A stretch of DNA of 34,133 nt from Vulcanisaeta sp. AZ3 (GCA_000960865.2 JZWU02000014.1:1-34133), one strand, 5' to 3'. Numbered from the stretch's first letter, positions 17,841-26,861 are shown. The notes: generated from the sequence alone by a model not told the origin. Made by a program: numbers and translations.

Positions 17841-18146
17841 ATGAGTAACAGAGGGTTAGGTAGGAAGATAATGAATTGGTTGAGCATGATAGCTTGGATA
17901 TTTAGGGTTGCCAAGAAGCCTACTAAGAGTAATTATATGGTTATACTAAAGCTTGGTTCTCTCATAGTTGCTATTATTGGTGTATATTCATTCCTATTCA
18001 GCGTGGCTGGTGCATATTTAACAAGTAGTGCAAACTTTAACCTACCATATCCATTAAATCTAATTGTCATACTCACCATAGTCATAATAATGATAATCAT
18101 GTTGATACTGGTAATACTCACCACAAGAGGGTTAGGCCGCAGCTAA
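17841..18146 (+). CDS. secE: Protein translocase subunit SecE/Sec61gamma with extra C-terminal hydrophobic segment
   Basis: WIFRVAKKPTKSNY hinge then TM with IIG; lies between ftsY and spt5. Confidence 0.8.
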   Translation: MSNRGLGRKIMNWLSMIAWIFRVAKKPTKSNYMVILKLGSLIVAIIGVYSFLFSVAGAYLTSSANFNLPYPLNLIVILTIVIIMIIMLILVILTTRGLGRS

Positions 18147-18188
18147 GCTTGAGTGAGCAAGTTTATAACCCACACCATAGTTGAGCGT

Positions 18189-18659
18189 ATGATGGGCAAT
18201 CAAGATCAACCAATGGATTGTAGAGTTTACGTAATTAAAGCAGTTGGTAATCAAGAGTATAATGTAGCCTACACACTTAAGTCCAGGGTTGAGCAAAAGG
18301 GTTTAGATAAGGTTAAGATAACTGCAATAGTCGTTCTTCCAACACTCAAAGGCTTCGTGTTTGTGGAGGGCTCAATGCCCTATGAGATTCAGGATTTAGC
18401 CACGGATATTAAGCATTATAGAGGTATGGTTAGGGGTGTTATGAGGGTTGATGAGCTCCTTAGGGGTTTGGCTAAGCCTGCCGAGGTAAATGTTGGTGAT
18501 GTTGTTGAGATAATAGTAGAACCCTTTAGGGGTTATAGGGGCAAGGTTGTGGATATTGATAAGGAGAAGGGTCAAGTCACGCTTGAATTACTTGATTCAC
18601 CAAGCACCATGCCAATTGTTATGAACCTAAAGGAGATTAGGAAGATCGAGAGTAAATAA
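18189..18659 (+). CDS. spt5: Transcription elongation factor Spt5 (NusG)
   Basis: GNQEYNVA, LKGFVFVE, KOW motif GDVVEIIVEPFRG. Confidence 0.94.
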   Translation: MMGNQDQPMDCRVYVIKAVGNQEYNVAYTLKSRVEQKGLDKVKITAIVVLPTLKGFVFVEGSMPYEIQDLATDIKHYRGMVRGVMRVDELLRGLAKPAEVNVGDVVEIIVEPFRGYRGKVVDIDKEKGQVTLELLDSPSTMPIVMNLKEIRKIESK

Positions 18660-18704
18660 TTGTGGGGCAAAACATTAAATATACACATTAATCAAAGCCA
18701 ATCG

Positions 18705-19223
18705 ATGGTAAAGAGGGTTGCGAAGATATCCATCGCTCCTGGTAAGGCCGGAGGACCTGCTATTCAGCAGCTTAGTCAGTATGGTATTGACATTAGTAAG
18801 GTTACTGACGAGATAAATAAGAAGACGAAGCTCCTGGCCAATTACGGCATTAATAGTGTATTCGTTGAGGTTGAGATTGATGAGAGCACTAAGAACTTCA
18901 ATGTCAAGCCTGAGTTGCCATCAATCTCTGAATTAATAGTTAGGGCTATTGGTAAGGATGCAGGTAGTCATCAAGCAGTTAAGGAGTTAATAGGTGATGT
19001 GAGTATTGATAAACTTGCAGAGATAGCTTACATTAAGTGGGAAGAACTTAGGAGTAAGAGTTTCAAGAGCGCCTTGAGGCAAGTCATTAGTGCATGTAGG
19101 AGTGTTGGCGTTACGATTAGTGGCAAGGATCCAAAGCAAGTATTGAAGGAGTTAGATTCTGGTGCTTATGACAGTGTTGTCAATAAGTATGAGGAGTTAC
19201 TTAAGCAGGAGGGTAGGCTTTAG
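18705..19223 (+). CDS. rpl11: 50S ribosomal protein uL11 (divergent N-terminus)
   Basis: VTDEINKKT, PSISELI, IGDVSIDKLAEIA, ACRSVGVTISGKDPK...DSGAYD; follows spt5. Confidence 0.9.
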   Translation: MVKRVAKISIAPGKAGGPAIQQLSQYGIDISKVTDEINKKTKLLANYGINSVFVEVEIDESTKNFNVKPELPSISELIVRAIGKDAGSHQAVKELIGDVSIDKLAEIAYIKWEELRSKSFKSALRQVISACRSVGVTISGKDPKQVLKELDSGAYDSVVNKYEELLKQEGRL

Positions 19224-19278
19224 TATTTAATTGAAGGAAAATATTATTAAACTTTCAATTGTTCGATAAAAAGTATTT

Positions 19279-19740
19279 ATGAATAGGGAATCTCAGGGAA
19301 TCTCTAGTGTAGTTTCGACAATAATATTAATTGCTGTAGCAATAGTAATGGCTGTTGCCATTGCAATGTATGTATTTGATCTATCCGGCGCTGCAGCCAC
19401 AATATATGGCCTTAGGGTACTTATTAATGGGCCGAACTATTCTAATGATTCGGTAGTATTTACAATTATTAATTCAGGTGGGGTTGTTGCGGAAATTCCA
19501 TACCTTAAGATTAATGATTATGTACTTAACGCCAATAATAATTGCATGTTTAATCCAGGTTCTTCTGGAACTTTAGTGCTGATAGGTAATGGCACATACA
19601 TAATTGGCGCTAGGCTTATGGTGGGTAATTGTACATCCACATACAGTGGTGAGGCTAGACTTTACGGAATCAATACAATAGTTATCCCATTCACAAATGG
19701 ACAAGTGTTCATTTACTCAACGTTACAATTTAATTCATAA
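19279..19740 (+). CDS. Archaeal type IV pilin-like protein (class III signal peptide)
   Basis: MNRESQG|ISSVVSTIILIAVAIVMAVAIAMYVF followed by a beta-rich domain with IINSGG and N-glycosylation sequons. Confidence 0.8.
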   Translation: MNRESQGISSVVSTIILIAVAIVMAVAIAMYVFDLSGAAATIYGLRVLINGPNYSNDSVVFTIINSGGVVAEIPYLKINDYVLNANNNCMFNPGSSGTLVLIGNGTYIIGARLMVGNCTSTYSGEARLYGINTIVIPFTNGQVFIYSTLQFNS

Positions 19741-19803
19741 CAATCAATATTGTTCATTTCGGGAAAATGATTTAAAGGGGACCTTACTGATAACCACTCG
19801 GTT

Positions 19804-20463
19804 ATGAGCTTAGACTTAAATACCGTGATTAAGGCCGTAGAGGATGCTAGGGCTAGGGCTAAGAGGCGGAGGTTTAAGCAGAGCTTTGAACTTATTATTC
19901 GCTTTAAGGATTTTGATGTTAAGAATCAGAACAATAGGTTTAATATGACGGTGGTGCTACCACATCCACTACAGGGTAAGTTAGCTAAGGTCTGTGTCAT
20001 GGCTACGGGAGGCATGGTATTGGCTGCTAAGGATGCTAATGCCGACATCATACTGTCTAGGGAGGATATTGAGAAATTAGCTGGTAATAAGAAGGAGATT
20101 AGGAAGCTGGCTAATTCCTATGATTTCTTCGTGGCTACTCCAGACCTCATGGTCCTCATTGGTAGGGTTATGGGTCAGATCCTTGGTCCTAGGAATAAGA
20201 TGCCTGAGGTTGTTCAGCCCAATGCCGATATTAAGGCCGTGATTGACAGACTTAGGAGGAGTGTTAGGGTCAGGGTTAAGGATCAACCCCAGGTTATGTG
20301 TAGGATTGGTACTGAGGATATGGATTCGAAGCAAGTCGCTGAGAATGCGATGGCCGTTCTTGAGGAGGTGTTGAAGAAGGTTAGGCCTGAGCAGTTGGGT
20401 TCTGTGAGTATTAAATTAACGATGGGTCCACCGGTAACCTTCTCACCAATTCAAACGAGATAA
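19804..20463 (+). CDS. rpl1: 50S ribosomal protein uL1
   Basis: RRFKQSFELII, VLPH, YDFFVA, GQILGPRNKMP, IGTEDM, KLTMGPP. Confidence 0.97.
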   Translation: MSLDLNTVIKAVEDARARAKRRRFKQSFELIIRFKDFDVKNQNNRFNMTVVLPHPLQGKLAKVCVMATGGMVLAAKDANADIILSREDIEKLAGNKKEIRKLANSYDFFVATPDLMVLIGRVMGQILGPRNKMPEVVQPNADIKAVIDRLRRSVRVRVKDQPQVMCRIGTEDMDSKQVAENAMAVLEEVLKKVRPEQLGSVSIKLTMGPPVTFSPIQTR

Positions 20464-20531
20464 AATAATAACGTGGTTCTCGAAAAGAAAAAGTTAATTA
20501 AGGTACGCATCAAGACTCTCCTCCTCGAGGT

Positions 20532-21596
20532 ATGGCTTCACAACCAATATTTAAGCGTACATACGTTAGGACAAAGCCCTATCCGGAGAAGAAGGTTAGG
20601 GTGGTTAATGAGCTTAAGGAGTTATTCTCTAACTATGAATCAGTCTTCCTTATTGACTTACATGGAACATCTAATAGGGTTGTTCAGGAGTATAGATTTT
20701 GGCTTAGAAGGAGGGGTGCTAGGATTGTTAAGGCTAAGAATACCCTCGTATTACTAGCCCTCAGGCAATTAATGGGGAACGTAGATGAGAAGATCGAAAA
20801 CCTATTCACCGGCGAGAACCTTCTAATATTCACGAATGAGAATCCATTCGAGTTTGCCAAATGGATTTGGGAGAATGGTGTTAGGAGAGAGGTAATACCA
20901 GGCGATGTGGCGCCCTTTGACCTAGTGGTGCCTGCTGGTAATACTAACATGAGTCCAGGTCCAATAATGAGTAAGTTTGGTAAGTTGAAGATACCCATTA
21001 GGGTTCAGGATGGTAAGATATGGATTGTAAAGGATACTGTTGTTGTAAAAGGTGGCGATAAGATTAATGAGGATGCCGCTGAGATACTTAAGAAATTGAA
21101 CATAAAGCCCATATTCGAATCCCTTAGAGTAAAGGCTGCAACACTCAAGGGCAAGTATGCAATCATGGGTGATGAGTTAAAGTTAGATATTGGGTCATAC
21201 AAGTCAATGCTTGAGGATGCAGCAAGATATGCCTTGAACCTAGCCGTAAACACGGCATACCCAACACCCGAGGTTCTCAATATAACAATAGCTAAGGCAT
21301 TTACAGAGGCCTTGAACCTAGCCGTAAACGCCAAATACGTAACACCAGAGACAGCCAAGTACATATTGGGCAAAGCTGTTACTGAAGCAAACGCCCTAGC
21401 CTCTGTGATAGCATCAAAGGCGCCGCAGCTTGGACTACAAGTACAGATACAGACACAACAAGCGCAGGCTAGTACCACAACTGGTGGCGAGCAGGGCGCG
21501 GAGGCTAAGGCTGAAGAGAAAAAGGCTGAGGAGGAGAAGAAAGAGGGTCCAGGTGAGGAGGAGATTGCAGCCGGTTTCTCAAGTCTATTTGGATAA
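20532..21596 (+). CDS. rpl10: 50S ribosomal protein uL10 (P0)
   Basis: KNTL, NENPF, PAGNTNMSPGP, three stalk-binding helices, acidic tail ending GFSSLFG. Confidence 0.97.
   Translation: MASQPIFKRTYVRTKPYPEKKVRVVNELKELFSNYESVFLIDLHGTSNRVVQEYRFWLRRRGARIVKAKNTLVLLALRQLMGNVDEKIENLFTGENLLIFTNENPFEFAKWIWENGVRREVIPGDVAPFDLVVPAGNTNMSPGPIMSKFGKLKIPIRVQDGKIWIVKDTVVVKGGDKINEDAAEILKKLNIKPIFESLRVKAATLKGKYAIMGDELKLDIGSYKSMLEDAARYALNLAVNTAYPTPEVLNITIAKAFTEALNLAVNAKYVTPETAKYILGKAVTEANALASVIASKAPQLGLQVQIQTQQAQASTTTGGEQGAEAKAEEKKAEEEKKEGPGEEEIAAGFSSLFG
21231..21329 (+). repeat. Perfect 21-bp direct repeat GCCTTGAACCTAGCCGTAAAC (21231-21251 and 21309-21329) inside rpl10
   Basis: Both copies read directly; 78-bp period; each encodes ALNLAVN. 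Confidence 0.9.
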
Positions 21597-21667
21597 TGCT
21601 TTTCCTTCTAAGTTTTAACAATACTAATACTTAATAATACTAGTTATAATTATCTGTGGGATATGGT

Positions 21668-22582
21668 ATGGTTAAGGTAACTGAGGTTTTACGGGGCGTC
21701 TATCAAATTGACCTTGAACCTGGGAGCTATGGAAACCTCGTTTCCTCCTATGCAATAAATACGGGTAGAGGGTTCATTGTTTTTGAGGGTGGTCCTGCTG
21801 TGTCAAGTAATGACCTGGTTAATGCATTAAGAGGGTTACCGGGTACCGTAACCCATGCCTTCATTACACACGTGCATATTGATCATTACGGTGGTACTGG
21901 CGCCCTAACCACACTTAATCCAAACCTTGAGGTTTACGTTCATCCAAGAGGTTCTAAGGTTCTTCCAAACCCTGACATTATTTGGGTTCCTGCTAGAGAG
22001 GCTATGGGCTGGCTTGGGGAGTTGTATGGGAGACCTCTTGAGGTTACTAATAAGAATGTTAGAGAGACGAGGGATGGGGATAGGATTACCGTGGGTGATA
22101 TTACTGTGAAGATTATTCACACGCCTGGCCATGCAAGTCATCATCAATCCTTCATTATTGAGCCTTGGAATATATTAATTGTTGGTGATGCTGCTGGAAT
22201 CTACGTTAGAGACCTTGATTATATAATACCAACGACCATGGAACCCCTCAGATTCGATATGTATGTTGATAGTGTTAAGAAATTAATTTCTCGAAACCCC
22301 TCATACATTGCCTATACACATCACTTACTGGTTCCCAATGCCGTGGACTTATTAAATAGGCACTTGAGACAATTGGAGGTTTGGAGCGAGGCTGCTGAGG
22401 AGGCTGTTAGGGAGGGTTTGAGAGTTAAGGATCTTGAAAGTATACTCGTTGAGAGGGATCAGGATTTAAAGAGGGTTTACGATAGGTTAAGAGGCATGAA
22501 AGCTCATTATCACTTATTCGGCATGGCTGTGGATGGCTTGTATAAGTATTTCCATGAACAAGAGATGAAGAATAAGCGATGA
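21668..22582 (+). CDS. MBL-fold metallo-hydrolase
   Basis: THVHIDHYGG, HTPGHASHH, VGDAAG, YTH. Confidence 0.92.
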   Translation: MVKVTEVLRGVYQIDLEPGSYGNLVSSYAINTGRGFIVFEGGPAVSSNDLVNALRGLPGTVTHAFITHVHIDHYGGTGALTTLNPNLEVYVHPRGSKVLPNPDIIWVPAREAMGWLGELYGRPLEVTNKNVRETRDGDRITVGDITVKIIHTPGHASHHQSFIIEPWNILIVGDAAGIYVRDLDYIIPTTMEPLRFDMYVDSVKKLISRNPSYIAYTHHLLVPNAVDLLNRHLRQLEVWSEAAEEAVREGLRVKDLESILVERDQDLKRVYDRLRGMKAHYHLFGMAVDGLYKYFHEQEMKNKR

Positions 22583-22643
22583 AATAATGTTGTAACAGGA
22601 ACAAAATATAAAAAGGAACATCCTTGTTATTCCTACATAAGTT

Positions 22644-25391
22644 ATGGAAGAGTTAAGAACGAGATTATTCGATAGGATGACTTTCTATAGAAAGCAGTGC
22701 CCATATTGTAGGCATTACTTTTGGACGTTAAATAATGACCAGGAGAGTTGTGGCGACCAACCCTGCACACCATACCTATTCATAGGCAATCCACCTGGAA
22801 AATTCAGACCTGAGTCTATTAAGGATGTTAGGGAGAAGTTCCTTCAATTCTTCGAGAAGCATGGGCACGTTAGGATCAAGAGATACCCTGTGCTTGCTCG
22901 TTGGAGAACAGATGTTTACTTAGTTGGTGCGTCGATTTATGACTTTCAGCCCTGGGTTACTGAAGGTATTGTACCACCACCGGCAAATCCACTAACCATA
23001 TCGCAACCGAGTATTAGGTTTACAGACATTGATAAGGTTGGCCGCAGCGGTAGGCATCTAACGGGCTTTGAGATGATGGCTCACCATGCCTTTAACTACC
23101 CTAATAAGTTTGTTTATTGGATTGATGAGACAGTGGAATTAGCGCATGAATTCCTTACGAAGGAGCTTGGGCTTAGGGATAATGAGATTACGTATAAGGA
23201 GAATATTTGGGAGGGTGGTGGCAATGCTGGAGAATGCCTTGAGGTTCTCGTGGGAGGTTTAGAGGTGGCTACCCTAGTCTTTATGCATTATAGGACCGTG
23301 GAGGGTAAGTATGTTGAAATGCCCATGAAGATAGTAGACACTGGTTATGGGCTTGAGAGAATTTATTGGTTATTGACTGGTAAGCCTACGGTTTATGATG
23401 CAGTCTTTGGTTCATTCATAGAGAAGCTTAGAAGCAAGTTAGGTCTTCCTAAACCGAGTGATGAAATGCTTACTCACATGGCTACGTACTTTGGCCAGCT
23501 TGATCCTGAGGTTACGAGTATTGAGAAGGCATATGAGTATATATCAAATAAGGTTGGCCTTGACGTTAATGAGGTTAGGAATATACTTAGGGCTCAGGAA
23601 ACTCTATACTTATTGAGTGATCATGGTAGGACATTATCATGGATGATGGCTGACGGCGTAATACCAAGCAACTCTGGTGTGGGTTACCTAGGTAGGTTAT
23701 TGCTTAGGAGAATGCTTAGGAGTATGTATGTCTCGGGAATTGAAACACCACTAACTGAGATCATGAGCACAGAGCTTGAGTTTCTCAAGGATGATTATTC
23801 GGAGGTTTATGAGGAGAGGCAAACAATCCTCGAACTAGTAGATATGGAAGAGAGGAAGTTCAAGGAGTTAATCAGACAGGCCCCAGGTATTATTGAGAGG
23901 GTCGTTAAGGATAGAGAGAGAAGGACGGGTAAGAGGGAGTTAACCACTGATGATTTAATCACACTATATGACTCCCAAGGATTACCACCTGAGATTATTC
24001 GTGAAACAGCAGCTAAACTAGGTATTGGCATATCGATACCGGACGACTTTTACTCAAGACTTGCAGCCAGGTACCAAAGGCAGGTTGGTGAGGGGAAGCC
24101 TAAGGTTGATGTTAATCCTGTCGAGGTTCAAGATCTACCACAGACGAGGGAGTTATTTTATGAGGACATGAGTATGTTTCACTTCAACGCTAAGGTCCTT
24201 AGGGTGATTAGGGGTAGGTATGTTGTTCTTGACCAAACAGCCTTTTATCCAGAGGGCGGTGGTCAAGTGGCTGATCATGGCATTATTAAGCATAGTAATG
24301 GTGAGGCTAAGGTTATTGATGTGCAGAGGGTTGGGCCTGTCATTGTTCATGTAATCGAGGGTGTACCACCGAATGAGGGCGAGATTATTGAGGGCTTTGT
24401 TGATGAGATTAGGAGAATGGATCTAATGAGAATGCATACGGCAACGCACATACTACTTCAAAGCATTAGGAGGGTTTTAGGTAGGCATGTTTGGCAGACT
24501 GGAGCCGAGAAGAACGTACCCCTCAGTAGGCTTGACGTAACTCATTATAAGTTACCCACAAGAGATGAGATTAAGAAAATCGAAGAATTAGCGAACAATA
24601 CCGTTCTAGCTAATCAACCAGTGATAATTAGGTGGTTGGGAAGGTCAGAAGCTGAGTCTAAGTTTGGCGTTTATATATACCAGGGCGGTGTTGTTCCCGG
24701 CGCTAAATTAAGGATTGTCCAGGTTGGCCCTGATGATGAGCCTTACGATGTTGAGGCTTGTGGTGGTATGCATGTTAGTAGGACTGGGGAGATTGGTATT
24801 ATTAAGATTGTTAGAGTTGAGAAGATTCAAGAGGGTGTGGTTAGGTTCATATTCACCACAGGTAGGCATGCAGTTAATTACGTGGAATCCCTCGAAGATT
24901 CCATGAGCAAGGTCTCTGAATTAACCGGTGTTGGTAGGGATGAGATTGTTAAGAGCATTAATGAGTTAATGGAAGATATGAGGAGGATGGAGGGTAGGGT
25001 TAGGATTTTGATGAGGAAGGCAATTAGAGGAGACATGAGTGAGGCATTAGGTAAGGAGATCATGATAAATGGTATTGGCTTTACATATATGGAGTATGAG
25101 AATGAAGATAGAAACTACATACAAGAATTCGCCAAGGAATACCTAGACAATAAGCCCAACGCCATCTTATTAATCGTTAATAGGGTCAATAATGGCACGG
25201 AATACATGATTTATCTAGGAAACGAAAACAAGTCTAAGATAGATATTAAGGAATTAATGACCAAAGTAAATGAGAGAGTCAACGGTAAAGGCGGCGGCTC
25301 CACAACCTATGGGCAAGGCTTCACCTCAAGCAAGCCATCAATAAACGCATTCATAGAGGCAGTAAAATCATACCTAAATGAGGATAGATAA
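22644..25391 (+). CDS. alaS: Alanine--tRNA ligase
   Basis: Archaeal N-terminal CPYC...CGDQPC, GRHLTGFEM, DTGYGLER, FYPEGGGQ, editing motifs HTATH and CGGMH, GKGGG. Confidence 0.98.
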   Translation: MEELRTRLFDRMTFYRKQCPYCRHYFWTLNNDQESCGDQPCTPYLFIGNPPGKFRPESIKDVREKFLQFFEKHGHVRIKRYPVLARWRTDVYLVGASIYDFQPWVTEGIVPPPANPLTISQPSIRFTDIDKVGRSGRHLTGFEMMAHHAFNYPNKFVYWIDETVELAHEFLTKELGLRDNEITYKENIWEGGGNAGECLEVLVGGLEVATLVFMHYRTVEGKYVEMPMKIVDTGYGLERIYWLLTGKPTVYDAVFGSFIEKLRSKLGLPKPSDEMLTHMATYFGQLDPEVTSIEKAYEYISNKVGLDVNEVRNILRAQETLYLLSDHGRTLSWMMADGVIPSNSGVGYLGRLLLRRMLRSMYVSGIETPLTEIMSTELEFLKDDYSEVYEERQTILELVDMEERKFKELIRQAPGIIERVVKDRERRTGKRELTTDDLITLYDSQGLPPEIIRETAAKLGIGISIPDDFYSRLAARYQRQVGEGKPKVDVNPVEVQDLPQTRELFYEDMSMFHFNAKVLRVIRGRYVVLDQTAFYPEGGGQVADHGIIKHSNGEAKVIDVQRVGPVIVHVIEGVPPNEGEIIEGFVDEIRRMDLMRMHTATHILLQSIRRVLGRHVWQTGAEKNVPLSRLDVTHYKLPTRDEIKKIEELANNTVLANQPVIIRWLGRSEAESKFGVYIYQGGVVPGAKLRIVQVGPDDEPYDVEACGGMHVSRTGEIGIIKIVRVEKIQEGVVRFIFTTGRHAVNYVESLEDSMSKVSELTGVGRDEIVKSINELMEDMRRMEGRVRILMRKAIRGDMSEALGKEIMINGIGFTYMEYENEDRNYIQEFAKEYLDNKPNAILLIVNRVNNGTEYMIYLGNENKSKIDIKELMTKVNERVNGKGGGSTTYGQGFTSSKPSINAFIEAVKSYLNEDR

Positions 25392-25425
25392 GTACATTAC
25401 AATGGATTTCAGCTAGGGAAATTAA

Positions 25426-25848
25426 TCATAGGCCCCTCCTCGTCTTATTACTACTTAATTCATCCTTGAAACACCAAACACCCTCACCAATGTCTAGGAG
25501 CACAATTCCCAACCTACTCGCTAACTTATCACTGAGCAGCGCCTCATTAGCCTTTTCACTAACAATCACGTTGGCGACAACACTATCTGACACCCTATCA
25601 TCCTCAATAACCTGAACCTGAACTGCACTTGGTATGAATATTAGTCTTGTAATTGTGCCATCAGCCAAGGTATAACTCCTAATCTCAGAGCCACTGGGTA
25701 GCTTTGGTAGTAAATCTAGATCTTCAGCCACACTCCTCGGTATTAATATCTCAGGTTCCGTAGTCTCAAAACCAGTTGTTACTAGGGCTTTAGTTACGGC
25801 GGTCTTTCCCATGATTGAGGAAAGCCTAACCCTAAGGCGAATTGCCAT
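25426..25848 (-). CDS. Retropepsin-like (clan AA fold) protein lacking the catalytic Asp
   Basis: KALVTTGFET..ILIPRSVAEDL, YTLADG, EALLSD resemble the ALxDTG...LADG...LLG pattern of single-domain aspartic proteases. Confidence 0.6.
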   Translation of the reverse strand: MAIRLRVRLSSIMGKTAVTKALVTTGFETTEPEILIPRSVAEDLDLLPKLPSGSEIRSYTLADGTITRLIFIPSAVQVQVIEDDRVSDSVVANVIVSEKANEALLSDKLASRLGIVLLDIGEGVWCFKDELSSNKTRRGL

Positions 25849-25943
25849 TAAGTACTCAACTCACTCAGGTGTATATTCATTTCTCAATACACCAACGATT
25901 GTTAGTAAGATTTTTAATGATGAACATAAACAGGAACAGAATT

Positions 25944-26861
25944 ATGAGAGGAAATACAGGAAGTACGGCAAGCACGAATAAGATATTGCTAATAGCCGTG
26001 ATAGTCCTAGCTGTAGCCCTTGTTGGAGTTATTGTTTACTTCACAGTGGTACCACACCTACAAAAGACAAGTACAGTAAAAACAACAAGTAAGCCTCAAA
26101 CTCAACAAGTAATCACACCGACACTAGCCTTTGAGGACAGTGTTAAGGCTTGGTACGGAATCGAATGCGTATATAACAAATATGGATCTAATTCGACCTT
26201 AAGCTTAATAAATAGTATTTACGAAATAGCCTTCCGTTATATATACGCCTACGAACGTACAAGCAATGAAACATACCTATTAGTATACCCGGTGGCTGAG
26301 TACGATTACTTAAACAGTACATATTCGGAGTGCTCCATAAGTGCTAATGATACGGAACTAGTAAACAGCGTCATAGGTACACTAAGTAATATTAATGTAG
26401 TGGCTACGGAACTCAAAATACCAAGCAACTTATTAGGTACGCCCCTGTTCATAGTGTACAATAAGGCCAACAACATAACCTACATCCTAGCCGGAGCCTC
26501 ACCATACGTATTTTACGCAATAAATTACAGCAGGGTTGGTAATATAACGACATTCACATACCAGGGACAACTACTTGGTTATAGTTTCAAAGCCAATGCC
26601 TCTCAAGTTAAGTTCATAAATGAATTAGTTTCCTCAGGTTTAAAGTTCGGCAGTTCTAAGGCAAGCGTTGTCGTCATTGAATTTCTAGACCCCGTATGCC
26701 CCTACTGTAGCATCTTCCAGGTTGAGTATGGTGGTTACCTTGAGCATTTAATTAATGACAGTTCAATATTCTATGTTGTTTATTACTTCCCAACACATGC
26801 GCTCCTTTATGGATGTTCATCACCCACAATAGCCCAAATGCTAGGTCCGTACTGTGGTTAG
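25944..26861 (+). CDS. Membrane-anchored DsbA-like thioredoxin-fold protein, apparently circularly permuted
   Basis: N-terminal TM; GTP(LF) at 26436-26444 precedes VVVIEFLDPVCPYC (CPYC 26697-26708) and YYFPTH. Start at 25944 chosen from TTTTTAA at 25911-25917. Confidence 0.75.
   Translation: MRGNTGSTASTNKILLIAVIVLAVALVGVIVYFTVVPHLQKTSTVKTTSKPQTQQVITPTLAFEDSVKAWYGIECVYNKYGSNSTLSLINSIYEIAFRYIYAYERTSNETYLLVYPVAEYDYLNSTYSECSISANDTELVNSVIGTLSNINVVATELKIPSNLLGTPLFIVYNKANNITYILAGASPYVFYAINYSRVGNITTFTYQGQLLGYSFKANASQVKFINELVSSGLKFGSSKASVVVIEFLDPVCPYCSIFQVEYGGYLEHLINDSSIFYVVYYFPTHALLYGCSSPTIAQMLGPYCG

Noticed and set aside
20473-20757. 94-aa alternative-frame ORF over the rpl10 start
   Set aside because: No recognisable motif; overlaps the rpl10 promoter and CDS.
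22583-22643. AGGAACA repeated twice upstream of alaS
   Set aside because: Only 7 bp in A-rich promoter DNA; too weak to call a regulatory element or RNA.
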